This document shows, piece by piece, positions 1-8,690 of a DNA stretch of 60,106 nt. Made by a program: the position numbers and the translations under genes. The notes beneath the pieces are model-generated. The model was not told the origin of the DNA, ran no database searches, and saw nothing but the letters and a program-made list of their open reading frames with translations. How positions within the stretch are numbered: position 1 is the first letter of the stretch; each line of letters begins with the position of its first letter. This stretch comes from a virus, in the IMG/VR virus record IMGVR_UViG_3300029427_000002, positions 1-60,106 of that record; one strand, 5' to 3'.

Positions 1-123
1 AGTCGGTGAAGAGGAAATGCTTGAAATTGAGCGTATTCAGTCAGCAGACGACCCTTACCTTGCAAGTGCTTTATCAAGCGTATATGACGATACTAACAAT
101 CTTGTAAGCGGTGCGGAGGTTGT
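1..123. repeat. Terminal direct repeat: 1-123 is identical to 59984-60106. This is the assembly overlap of a circular or circularly permuted genome with a unit length of 59,983 bp.
   Basis: Both ends read base by base: agtcggtgaagaggaaatgc...gcggtgcggaggttgt is present at both termini. Confidence 0.95.
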
Positions 124-814
124 ACCAGAACGTATGAGAATGTCACTTCTTGCTACAAGCGCAGGCCATCCAGTAATTGCTATTGAAAGTGATGGTGTTC
201 AGTATGCTTATGATTACGATAAAGATGGCTCATACACAAAAGACCATTATGCTAAGCTGTCTGGCACAAGCATGTGGAGCGATACAGCTAATTCAAAGCC
301 GCTTACAGATCTTAACAATGCAAGGAAGAAGCTACAGAAGCAAGGCAAGATTGCTAGATATGTACTTATGAACAGCAATACATTCCAGTATTTGCTTGAT
401 AATGCACAGATAAGAAACTCAATCCTTGCACAGAACCTTACAGCAACCATTGAGGTTGACGATGATACTGTTATTTCAGTAGTGCAGAAGAGAACAAAGC
501 TCACTATCGTGCTTTACGATAAGATGTACATTGACGATGATGGCAAGGAACAGTACTTCTACCCAGATAACAAGGTTACACTTCTTCCAGAAGGTAGTCT
601 TGGTAATACTTGGTTCGGAACTACACCGGAAGAAAGAACTGCAAGACAGGTAGCTGATGTAGATGTAACAGTATACGGCACGGGTATCACAGTTGCTACA
701 AAGACAGAGTACGGACCACCTATGAAGATGTCAACATTTGCTTCCGAAGTTGTACTTCCATCATATGAAAATATGGATAGCACATTCGTATATGAGGTTC
801 ATAGCGAAGAGTAG
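1..814 (+). CDS. Major capsid protein, lambda gpE-like family, 3' part. The gene starts at 59724 and crosses the junction; 357 aa in total.
   Basis: The frame of ORF 17..814 is continuous with 59724..60106 through the overlap. It follows the scaffold and decoration genes, and size and sequence style fit capsid protein E-type. Confidence 0.75.
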   Translation, partial: VGEEEMLEIERIQSADDPYLASALSSVYDDTNNLVSGAEVVPERMRMSLLATSAGHPVIAIESDGVQYAYDYDKDGSYTKDHYAKLSGTSMWSDTANSKPLTDLNNARKKLQKQGKIARYVLMNSNTFQYLLDNAQIRNSILAQNLTATIEVDDDTVISVVQKRTKLTIVLYDKMYIDDDGKEQYFYPDNKVTLLPEGSLGNTWFGTTPEERTARQVADVDVTVYGTGITVATKTEYGPPMKMSTFASEVVLPSYENMDSTFVYEVHSEE

Positions 815-826
815 GGGGTGCAACTT

Positions 827-1045
827 ATGATATATCCATATATAGTGATTCATAACGGAAAATGGTATAACGCAGGCGAAGAAGTTCCCGAAGAGGGGGC
901 TTTTTTAGGTTATAGCAAGACAACCATTAATCGTATGTCTACATCTGATTTACAGGCTTTTGCCACAGAACAAGGTATAGACAATGCAGAAGAATTTACA
1001 GGAGCAGAGTTAAAGAAGCTGTTAATTGAGAAATTAGGGTTATAG
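827..1045 (+). CDS. Small head-module protein, 72 aa, unknown function
   Basis: ATG 827 sits behind a GGGGG SD. It is in the same frame as the capsid gene, separated only by TAG GGG GTG CAA CTT. Confidence 0.6.
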   Translation: MIYPYIVIHNGKWYNAGEEVPEEGAFLGYSKTTINRMSTSDLQAFATEQGIDNAEEFTGAELKKLLIEKLGL

Positions 1046-1056
1046 GAGCTGAAATT

Positions 1057-1434
1057 ATGGAATACACCGCATTGGAGCAAACTAAAATCAGACTTAAACA
1101 ATTTCATATTGATACAGTCACAAATGATGATGATACGACATCTGATGTGGTAGTGTTCGATAACAAAGAAGATAATCCGATAATCGAACAGCTTATTAAG
1201 CAGGCTACAGAAGATGTAAAGGCAAGAAGAAATTACCCTGACAGCTACACAGATGAAATGATAACCGAGGACTTGAAGAAATTTGAGAGTGTTATTGTTA
1301 ATCTGGCTGTCTACGACCATTCACAAGCTGGTGAAAACTACATGGCGAGTATGAATGAGGGTGGTGTCAACAGAACTTGGAGAAATAGAGATAGCTTGTT
1401 TGTCGGGGTATTTCCGTTTGCTAAAGTATTATAA
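1057..1434 (+). CDS. Head-tail connector/adaptor (gp6-like)
   Basis: 125 aa, directly after the capsid genes; EQLIKQATEDVKARRNYP...NLAVYDHSQAG style typical of gp6-like connectors; SD GGAGCTGAAATT-ATG. Confidence 0.55.
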   Translation: MEYTALEQTKIRLKQFHIDTVTNDDDTTSDVVVFDNKEDNPIIEQLIKQATEDVKARRNYPDSYTDEMITEDLKKFESVIVNLAVYDHSQAGENYMASMNEGGVNRTWRNRDSLFVGVFPFAKVL

Positions 1435-1552
1435 CGCCTATAGGGCATTACAGAATATTAAAGAAGATTGTGCGTTACCAAATGGTAGCAGGCGGCACAC
1501 ATTAAGGGTGGTGGGCGGTGTGCCATTATTAATTATGAAAGGCGGTATATCA

Positions 1553-1876
1553 ATGCCAATAGCAGTAATTATAAGCATTATTTCAGTTGCTTTTTCCGTC
1601 TTTTTCGGACTGTTTACGTTGGGATTTAATCTTAAGAACAACAAAAAGTCTGACAATGCAGAACTTACAGAGCGCGTAAAGGAAAATACACGCATAAACA
1701 TGAAACTTGACACAATATCAGGCAACACAACAGAGATAAAAAATGAAGTTATAGAAATGAGAAAAGAACTTAATTCTCACGATAACAGGATTATTAAGGT
1801 TGAGGAAAGTGTAAAGTCGGCACACCACCGAATAGACGGATTGGAAGCACGACTCAATGAAGATAAGGAGGTATAG
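1553..1876 (+). CDS. Membrane protein with an N-terminal TM helix and a long coiled coil; possible holin accessory protein
   Basis: MPIAVIISIISVAFSVFFGLFTLGF, then heptad-rich EIKNEVIEMRKELNSHDNRIIKVEESV. The ATG 1553 start is chosen for its SD AAAGG spacing. Confidence 0.45.
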   Translation: MPIAVIISIISVAFSVFFGLFTLGFNLKNNKKSDNAELTERVKENTRINMKLDTISGNTTEIKNEVIEMRKELNSHDNRIIKVEESVKSAHHRIDGLEARLNEDKEV

Positions 1877-1880
1877 CAGA

Positions 1881-2150
1881 ATGGATATAACATCGGTAAC
1901 AACAGTTGTAGCAATCGTTGTAATAACATATCTGATAGGCTTAGGAGCTAAGGCAATTCCACACATTAAGGATAATTACATTCCTATAATCGTAGGTGTT
2001 GCAGGCGGTATCTTAGGCGTTATAGGTATGTATGTAATACCGGACTTTCCGGCAAATGATATTCTTAATGCAATCGCAGTAGGAATTGTGTCCGGACTAT
2101 CAAGCACAGGTGTTAATCAGATTTATAAGCAGGTAAAGAACAATGCTTGA
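1881..2150 (+). CDS. Putative holin (89 aa, 2-3 TM segments)
   Basis: MDITSVTTVVAIVVITYLIGLGAKAIPHIKDNYIPIIVGVAGGILGVIG... resembles Gram-positive phage holins (K..YIP motif between TM1 and TM2). AGGAGG lies 9 nt upstream. Confidence 0.55.
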   Translation: MDITSVTTVVAIVVITYLIGLGAKAIPHIKDNYIPIIVGVAGGILGVIGMYVIPDFPANDILNAIAVGIVSGLSSTGVNQIYKQVKNNA

Positions 2151-2601
2151 CATTAATAAGCAGGCTATGAAGTATTCACTTCAAGGGCAGACAGTAACTA
2201 TTTATGAAAGAGATGATGACGGCAATATCCTTTATGAGGGATATACCGACACAGAGGGTAACTTCATTCCTTATCTTGATGATGAGGGAAATAAGATACC
2301 CAAAGTCCTTGAAGAAAAAACAGGTTTTTCAGAGCCGGTCGATTTCAAAGCAAACATATCATTCAGCGGCGGAGAAGCACAGAGTAAGGAATACGGCTTT
2401 GATACGGCTGATTTTGATGCTATTTTGCTGACGGATAGGAATATGTTACCTATCCAAAAAGGCGACCTTATATGGCTTAATAGCAAGCCTACATACACAT
2501 CTGACAGCCTTGTTAATGAAACATCGGCAGACTTTACCATTGTAGGCATTAAACCAGCATTATATTCAACCAAGTATATGCTTAAAGCAGTTGTAAAGTA
2601 G
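2143..2601 (+). CDS. Hypothetical head-tail joining module protein (152 aa)
   Basis: Long ORF in the structural operon, overlapping the upstream stop by 8 nt. Confidence 0.65.
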   Translation: MLDINKQAMKYSLQGQTVTIYERDDDGNILYEGYTDTEGNFIPYLDDEGNKIPKVLEEKTGFSEPVDFKANISFSGGEAQSKEYGFDTADFDAILLTDRNMLPIQKGDLIWLNSKPTYTSDSLVNETSADFTIVGIKPALYSTKYMLKAVVK

Positions 2602-2610
2602 GTGAAAGAT

Positions 2611-2799
2611 ATGAAGTATCAGACAGACGGCTTTCCTGAAAATGGTTCTTTATTTATACAAACAGACAATGAACAGCTAGTCGGTTCTATCTTTAAAGGA
2701 AAGACAATCCCATCTACGCAAGAGCCAATAAATGAAAGTATAAGACAAGCTGTTTTGCAAGCAGTTAAGGAGCGTGTTTATGGCAAGACATACAATTAA
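2611..2799 (+). CDS. Hypothetical protein (62 aa)
   Basis: ATG 2611 lies 7 nt after AGGTGA; co-oriented in the structural operon. Confidence 0.5.
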   Translation: MKYQTDGFPENGSLFIQTDNEQLVGSIFKGKTIPSTQEPINESIRQAVLQAVKERVYGKTYN

Positions 2800-3316
2800 T
2801 ATATCATTGTCTGAAAAGTCTGTAAATGAAGCTATCAGACAGCTACAACAGTATAAGCAGAGTTTACAGTATAAATGCGAATTGCTTGTTGAACGATTAG
2901 CAGAACTAGGCGAAAAAGCGGCAATTATGAGTGTTAATGAAAGTCCATTAGGTAGGACAGTAACATTGAGAGTTGACAGAAAGCCTATTCAAGATGGCTA
3001 CCAAGCTATTTTAATTGCTACCGGCAAAACTGTTGAGGTAGAAGATAGAGAGCCATTTTACACACTGTTAGCGATTGAATTTGGTGCTGGTATTTATTAC
3101 AACAACGGCAACGAGAACCCAAAGGCTAATGATTTCGGCTTGGGTGTAGGAACATATCCAGGACAAATCCACGCATTCAGCGACGGTTGGTACTACTTAG
3201 GCAATGATAATCAATGGCACTACACGCACGGCGTTAAAGCCACAATGCCTATGTACAACGCTACAATAGAGATTATTAATCAGTATAAGCAGATAGCAAG
3301 AGAGGTGTTTAGTTAA
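2780..3316 (+). CDS. Hypothetical neck/tail-joining protein (178 aa)
   Basis: ATG 2780 lies 7 nt after AAGGAG; position between connector and tail genes. Confidence 0.65.
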   Translation: MARHTINISLSEKSVNEAIRQLQQYKQSLQYKCELLVERLAELGEKAAIMSVNESPLGRTVTLRVDRKPIQDGYQAILIATGKTVEVEDREPFYTLLAIEFGAGIYYNNGNENPKANDFGLGVGTYPGQIHAFSDGWYYLGNDNQWHYTHGVKATMPMYNATIEIINQYKQIAREVFS

Positions 3317-3732
3317 TGGCAAATGCAAACGATTGGGCGACAGACCTTGAAAATACAGTCACAGCACTTGTCAAGGCTAAAACCCTAACGCAACTAAAGA
3401 AAACATATCCAAAGATAGTTATAACTAATGAGGGGGAAAACAGCGGTCAAGCAACATTCCCGACAGTATACATTCATTTACTGCCAGCAGTAGAACAAGG
3501 ACAAACGCTTGATGGACAGACAATTAATGCATTGTTAGCGACGTTTCAAGTAGATGTTACCGCTAACACAAGCAAGTCTGACTGTCGCAAGGTTATGGCA
3601 GTAATTACAGATACGTTTAAGACAATGAGATTTCAAGGCACATCAATGCCAGAGTTCTCAATCAGTAACAAAGTACATAAGAGTACCGCTAGATTCAGAA
3701 GAATGATAGCGGCAAATGACAGATTATTGTAA
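3316..3732 (+). CDS. Putative tail completion/terminator-type protein (DUF3168-like)
   Basis: 138 aa, TAATG coupling with the upstream gene, immediately before the major tail gene. Confidence 0.4.
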   Translation: MANANDWATDLENTVTALVKAKTLTQLKKTYPKIVITNEGENSGQATFPTVYIHLLPAVEQGQTLDGQTINALLATFQVDVTANTSKSDCRKVMAVITDTFKTMRFQGTSMPEFSISNKVHKSTARFRRMIAANDRLL

Positions 3733-3734
3733 CA

Positions 3735-3760
3735 AAGAGCAGAAATGCTCTTATTTTTTT
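3735..3760 (+). terminator. Intrinsic terminator
   Basis: AAGAGCA-gaaa-TGCTCTT followed by ATTTTTTT. Confidence 0.6.
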
Positions 3761-3787
3761 GCAAATTTTTAGGAGGTAGACAAGGCA

Positions 3788-4270
3788 ATGGCAAGTACAA
3801 GTTATAAAGCTAGAGTTATCTACAAGGAGCATAGCGAAGATGGCTTTGCAGGTTCATACAAGTTAATGGTTGCGGCTAAGTCAATTTCAGCACCAGTATC
3901 AGCACCTAACACAGTTGAAAGTACAACATTTGAAGATGATTCACAGACATTCTTAATGGGTATCAAAACATCTGACGCTAAGACTTACACAGGAAATCTT
4001 GAAAAGGCTTATTTACAGGACTTAATCAAGGCGGAGGGCAAGCAGTTAGATATTATTCAGTTATATGGCTCTGACGGATTAGGTGCGGTTGCTAAGTACG
4101 CATTTGTCGGACAGGTAACAGCAACACCTAATGATGTTTCTGGTACTGATTCAGTACTTGAAATGACAGTAACAGCAGTTCCTAACACTTCACCTATCGA
4201 ATGCACAGACAAGCTTCAAGTTGTCGAGGCTGCTGGTGGCACATTCACAGTAACAAAGGTGGGGGAATGA
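3788..4270 (+). CDS. Major tail protein (160 aa)
   Basis: Position upstream of the G/GT chaperones and tape measure; strong AGGAGG; Thr/Val-rich beta-type sequence. Confidence 0.6.
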   Translation: MASTSYKARVIYKEHSEDGFAGSYKLMVAAKSISAPVSAPNTVESTTFEDDSQTFLMGIKTSDAKTYTGNLEKAYLQDLIKAEGKQLDIIQLYGSDGLGAVAKYAFVGQVTATPNDVSGTDSVLEMTVTAVPNTSPIECTDKLQVVEAAGGTFTVTKVGE

Positions 4271-4365
4271 TAAGCCAATCGACTAAATCAAAGGCTGTGT
4301 CGATTGGTGGCACAAACGCCAAAACAGCCGACTACACATCATATCTTGATGATGTAACAGAATAA
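4267..4365 (+). CDS. Micro-ORF (32 aa) overlapping the tail-protein stop (ATGA); alternatively a -1 extension of the tail protein
   Basis: GGTGGGGGA SD directly upstream; a 9-bp hairpin CCAATCGAC/GTCGATTGG starts at 4274. Confidence 0.3.
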   Translation: MISQSTKSKAVSIGGTNAKTADYTSYLDDVTE

Positions 4366-4442
4366 TTAATTTAAAAGGTAGGTGCGGTGTAAAATCCGCA
4401 CCTTTCCCTATATGGACGATAGGGTGGGAAAGGGTAAAAATT

Positions 4443-4931
4443 ATGATGAATATTAATGTAAACGGAAAAGAATACAAAGTTGAGTTCTCTTTTGGCGCAG
4501 CAGAGTGCAAAGAGATAGTACAGAAAATGTTTTCTGTTGTTAACGGTTCTTACTTACTTGCACAGACAGATAAAAGTATTGCACAGGCTTCTTTTGACGG
4601 CTTGGCAAATATGACAGCAGATGTGCCAGAGATTTGCATTTTAGCCATTTATGCAGGCTGTATTGACAATAACCCAGTAACTATGAATGAAGCAAAGGAA
4701 CTCACTAGGGCATATATTACAGAGAAAAGAAAGACAGATAAGAGTTACGGATATAGAACATTGTTTGAAGAAATCAAGAAAGCGATGGAAGATGATGGTT
4801 TTTTCGAGCTGTCGGGGATAACAACGATGTTAGAGGAAATGGCGAACAATGTGGAAGAAGCGGCACAGGAGCAGAAGAAGCCGACAGTAGTTCCACAGGA
4901 CCACAAGAAAAAGCAGACTTCCACAAAATAA
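4443..4931 (+). CDS. Tail assembly chaperone, gpG-like
   Basis: 162 aa between the major tail and tape measure genes; acidic C-terminus; contains a slippery heptamer. Confidence 0.7.
   Translation: MMNINVNGKEYKVEFSFGAAECKEIVQKMFSVVNGSYLLAQTDKSIAQASFDGLANMTADVPEICILAIYAGCIDNNPVTMNEAKELTRAYITEKRKTDKSYGYRTLFEEIKKAMEDDGFFELSGITTMLEEMANNVEEAAQEQKKPTVVPQDHKKKQTSTK
4799..4805 (+). promoter_or_regulatory. Programmed -1 frameshift slippery heptamer T_TTT_TTC
   Basis: Zero-frame codons are GGT TTT TTC GAG; six T then C; sits 3 nt after the last -1 frame stop. Confidence 0.6.
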
Positions 4932-5290
4932 TATGGGAAGAATACTTTGTTTTAGCCAGTTCACTAGGCGTTAGTTATTCAGACTTTCTAAAAATGACAC
5001 CTAAAAAATTATTACTATACGCAAAAGGCAAAAAGATTGATAGACAAAATCGAGATGCAGAAATGTATAACTGGTTTTTTGTCTATGCAATACCGGCTAT
5101 TTCTTGTGGCATTGGTGCGGCATTTAGCAAAGATACACACATTGAATATCCGAAGCAGGCTATTTTATCAGAAAAAACGGAAGAAAGCGAAGAAGATACC
5201 TACGATAAAGAGTTACAGCGAATGTTACTCAATGAACAGAAATGGGCGGCACGAGCTGAAAAGAGAGGACTACCGCCAACAATCCTATAA
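4799..5290 (+). CDS. -1 frame extension giving a gpGT-like chaperone fusion
   Basis: The -1 frame is open from 4796 (after TGA 4793) to 5290 and overlaps the end of gpG. The product reads ...WEEYFVLASSLGVSYSDFLKMTPKKLLLY... Confidence 0.65.
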   Translation, partial: FFRAVGDNNDVRGNGEQCGRSGTGAEEADSSSTGPQEKADFHKIIWEEYFVLASSLGVSYSDFLKMTPKKLLLYAKGKKIDRQNRDAEMYNWFFVYAIPAISCGIGAAFSKDTHIEYPKQAILSEKTEESEEDTYDKELQRMLLNEQKWAARAEKRGLPPTIL

Positions 5291-5303
5291 AGGGGGTTAA
5301 AGC

Positions 5304-8300
5304 GTGGAATTAGATTCGTTAGAAGTCAAAATTACCGGTACTGCCACTAAAGCTATTAATTCTGTCGATAAACTGATAAATCAGCTTACAAGGCTGTCAA
5401 CATCACTTGCGACTGTGAATGGTTCATCACTAAGCGGTCTTGCGAGTGGTGTTAGTCAGTTAGGTTCTGCTATGCAGAATATGAACGCAGGAACAGCAGA
5501 TTTTACAAGACTTGCTAAGAACATCACAAAGATAGGTTCTGTTGATTCAGCTGCACTAACTAACACAGCTACATCACTTCAAGCTGTCACAAAGGCAGTT
5601 GCAAGCATATCAGCTATTCCGCAAAATGCAACACAGGTCACAGAATTTGCAAAGTCACTTGGTAAGCTAGGCAGTAAGAGTATAGAAAACGCCGTTGTAA
5701 ACATTCCAAAATTGGGCAATGCTTTAAATGGCTTAATGACAACGCTATCAAGAGCACCAACAGTAAGTCAAAATGTTATTCAAATGACTAACGCATTGGC
5801 TAATCTTGCTAGTCAAGGTAGCAAGGTGGGTACTTCTTCAAACTCACTTCAAAAGTCGCTGTATGGCGTTTCTACAAGCACTAGGACAGCAACTAAAAGC
5901 AGTTGGAACTTGGCAAGTGCAATAGGTAAGTTTTATGCCACTTATTTTATGGTAATTCGTGGCAGTAAGAAACTTATAGAAGCAATTAAGTCAACAACAG
6001 ATTACATTGAGGCGTTCAACTATCAAGCGGTTGCATTTGGCAAGATTGGCTCGGAATGGGATAAAGATTACGAAAAGTACGGCTATGATAACGCAACAGC
6101 ATATGCAGAAAGTTTTCAAAGTAGAGTAAATGATACTCTTGGAAAACTATCAGGCTTAAAAGTTAATGTTCAAGGTGGTTTGCTTGAAGAAAGTGGAGCA
6201 AAGAACTTAGGACTTAACATACAAGAGATAACACAGTATGCTTCACAGTTAGCTTCTGTTACTAACTCATTAGGACAGACAGGCGAAGCAACAACGGCAA
6301 TAACAAAGTCAATGACAATGCTTGCAGGCGATATAAGCTCACTTTTTAATGTGGACTATAAAACGGTTGCACAGAACTTACAGAGTGGCTTAATCGGTCA
6401 ATCAAGGGCATTGTATAAATATGGTATTGATATTACCAATGCTACACTAGCAACATATGCCTATAACTTAGGCATTTCAAAGTCTGTATCAGAAATGACA
6501 CAGATGGAAAAGCAGCAGTTAAGAGTGTTAGCAATATTAGACCAATCAAAAGTATCTTGGGGCGATTTAGCCAACACGATTAACAGCCCATCAAATATGT
6601 TACGCCAGTTCGGTAACAATATGAAAGAGGTAGGAATGGTAGCAGGACAGCTATTTATCCCAATTCTTTCAAAGGTTATGCCAATAGTAAACGGAGTAAC
6701 TATTGCAATCAAAAGATTATTAGTCAATCTTGCTTCTTTAATGGGCGTAAAGATTGATTTTGAGAGCTTCGGACAAAGCGGATATAAAGACACATCAGAC
6801 GGCTTAGAAGATATTTCAAGCGGCTATCAAGATGTGGCTGATTCAGCTAAGAAAGCTACATTATCCCTTATGGGATTTGATGAAATAAATAAATTGCAGG
6901 ACGATACAAGCTCAAGCAAAGGCTCAAGCGGTGGTGGCGGTAGCTCTATTGATTTGACAGATGATATCGCTAAGGCGGCGGCTGACTATGAAGCGGCATG
7001 GAATAAAGCATTTGCCAATATGGAAAATTCCGCTGTTGCTTGGGCTGATAAGATAGAGAAAGCACTCGAACCTGTTAGGAAGATATTCAAAGATTTTGCA
7101 ATCGGGGATTTCTATGCAGCAGGACAAGATACATCTAACCTTGTGGCAGGAATTTTTAATTGGTTTGCAAAGGCTATAGATGATGTTCCTTGGTATACAA
7201 TTGGACATAATATAGGAGAGTATTTAGCTGGACTTAATTGGGTTGAAATCTTTTCAAGCCTTGGCAATGTGTTATGGCAAGCCATTAAAGCAGTTATCGA
7301 ATTATGGAGTGGTTCATTTACGGCAGCACCAATTGAAACAACTTTAATAACGGCTATAGCGGCATTGAAATTTACAGGCTTAGGAAGTGTTTTGAAAAAG
7401 AAACTTGTTACAGTAATAGGAACAAGTATTAAAGGTGCTTTAAAATCATTCGGAACAGGCAGTATAATATCAGGAATAGGTGGATTACTTACAACAGATA
7501 TAGGCACTATTATAGGAGCAGGAACAGCAACAGAAATAGGCTTAACTATAGGTGCTGGAATAGTAGGTGGAATAGTAGCCGCTATTGCTGGATTTAATTT
7601 AGGCAATTGGCTCAATGAAAAATTAACAGGCGAGAAAATAGATATGTCAATGTTTGACCAAATAGCGTATCTTATAAAAGCACCATTTGAAGATTTACCT
7701 AGCTTTATTGACGGAGTGATAGAAACTATCACATTTGGGCATAAAGATGATATAGCAAATTGGTGGACTGCAAGTGTTGCGCCGTGGTTTACTAAGGAAA
7801 AATGGGGAGAACTGGGAGACAACATAAAAACATCTTTAAGCGAAAAATGGAACAGTTTTTCAGATTGGTGGGGCAATACAGCTATTGTTAGCTGGTGGAA
7901 TAATAATGTTGCACCGTGGTTTGAAAAAGAAACATGGGTTGACGCTGTTGACGGAATGAAATTAGGAATACAAGAAAAATGGGATTCAATCGTTGGTTGG
8001 TGGAACAGTCTGGCAATTGTTTCTTGGTGGAGCAATGATGTGAAACCGTGGTTTACTAAGGAAAAATGGGAAAGCTTAGCTGACGGAATTAAAAAAGGTA
8101 TTCAAGGGAAGTGGGATGATATTGTAGATTGGTGGGATAGCAAACCAGCACTTCAACGCATTTCTGTGGCTATCGAAGATTTTAAAGCTAAGATACAGAA
8201 CGCTTGGAACAGCTTTAAGCAGTGGTGGAATGATTTAGGACTTGAATTTCCACACATTGATACACCACACTTTAAGATTGACGGAGAATTTAGTCTTGCA

Positions 8301-8630
8301 CCGCCTAGAGTGCCAAAAGTCAGTATTGATTGGTATGCAAACGGCGGATTCCCAGGCAAAGGACAATTGTTTGTCGCAAACGAAGTTGGACCCGAAATGG
8401 TTGGTACTATGGACGGAAGAACAGCAGTAGCCAATCAGCAGGAAATCACAACAGGTATTGCCAACGCAGTTTATCCAGCGGTTTACAATGCAGTTGTAGC
8501 GGCTATGTCAGAAGCTAACAATAATGTAAATATAACATTACAAGGTGACGCAGATAAGCTGTTTACAATGGTGCAAGATAAAGCTAATAACTATACTAAT
8601 ATGACAGGGCAAGCAGCCTTTCCGTATTGA
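5304..8630 (+). CDS. Tape measure protein (1108 aa)
   Basis: Longest gene after G/GT; GTG start 7 nt after AAGGGGG; helical N-half, TM-like Gly-rich segment, Trp-rich repeats near the C-terminus. Confidence 0.9.
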   Translation: MELDSLEVKITGTATKAINSVDKLINQLTRLSTSLATVNGSSLSGLASGVSQLGSAMQNMNAGTADFTRLAKNITKIGSVDSAALTNTATSLQAVTKAVASISAIPQNATQVTEFAKSLGKLGSKSIENAVVNIPKLGNALNGLMTTLSRAPTVSQNVIQMTNALANLASQGSKVGTSSNSLQKSLYGVSTSTRTATKSSWNLASAIGKFYATYFMVIRGSKKLIEAIKSTTDYIEAFNYQAVAFGKIGSEWDKDYEKYGYDNATAYAESFQSRVNDTLGKLSGLKVNVQGGLLEESGAKNLGLNIQEITQYASQLASVTNSLGQTGEATTAITKSMTMLAGDISSLFNVDYKTVAQNLQSGLIGQSRALYKYGIDITNATLATYAYNLGISKSVSEMTQMEKQQLRVLAILDQSKVSWGDLANTINSPSNMLRQFGNNMKEVGMVAGQLFIPILSKVMPIVNGVTIAIKRLLVNLASLMGVKIDFESFGQSGYKDTSDGLEDISSGYQDVADSAKKATLSLMGFDEINKLQDDTSSSKGSSGGGGSSIDLTDDIAKAAADYEAAWNKAFANMENSAVAWADKIEKALEPVRKIFKDFAIGDFYAAGQDTSNLVAGIFNWFAKAIDDVPWYTIGHNIGEYLAGLNWVEIFSSLGNVLWQAIKAVIELWSGSFTAAPIETTLITAIAALKFTGLGSVLKKKLVTVIGTSIKGALKSFGTGSIISGIGGLLTTDIGTIIGAGTATEIGLTIGAGIVGGIVAAIAGFNLGNWLNEKLTGEKIDMSMFDQIAYLIKAPFEDLPSFIDGVIETITFGHKDDIANWWTASVAPWFTKEKWGELGDNIKTSLSEKWNSFSDWWGNTAIVSWWNNNVAPWFEKETWVDAVDGMKLGIQEKWDSIVGWWNSLAIVSWWSNDVKPWFTKEKWESLADGIKKGIQGKWDDIVDWWDSKPALQRISVAIEDFKAKIQNAWNSFKQWWNDLGLEFPHIDTPHFKIDGEFSLAPPRVPKVSIDWYANGGFPGKGQLFVANEVGPEMVGTMDGRTAVANQQEITTGIANAVYPAVYNAVVAAMSEANNNVNITLQGDADKLFTMVQDKANNYTNMTGQAAFPY

Positions 8631-8690
8631 TAAGATAAAAGTATTGTGTTATCCTTTTACTATATATAAAAAGCAAAGGGGTAACGCAAT

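Noticed and set aside
7112-8035. 307-aa minus-strand ORF inside the tape measure gene (plus 6461..6793, 6924..7208 and 8153..8434)
   Set aside because: They are antisense to a strongly supported long CDS, have no SD, and give low-complexity translations. This is typical of shadow ORFs.
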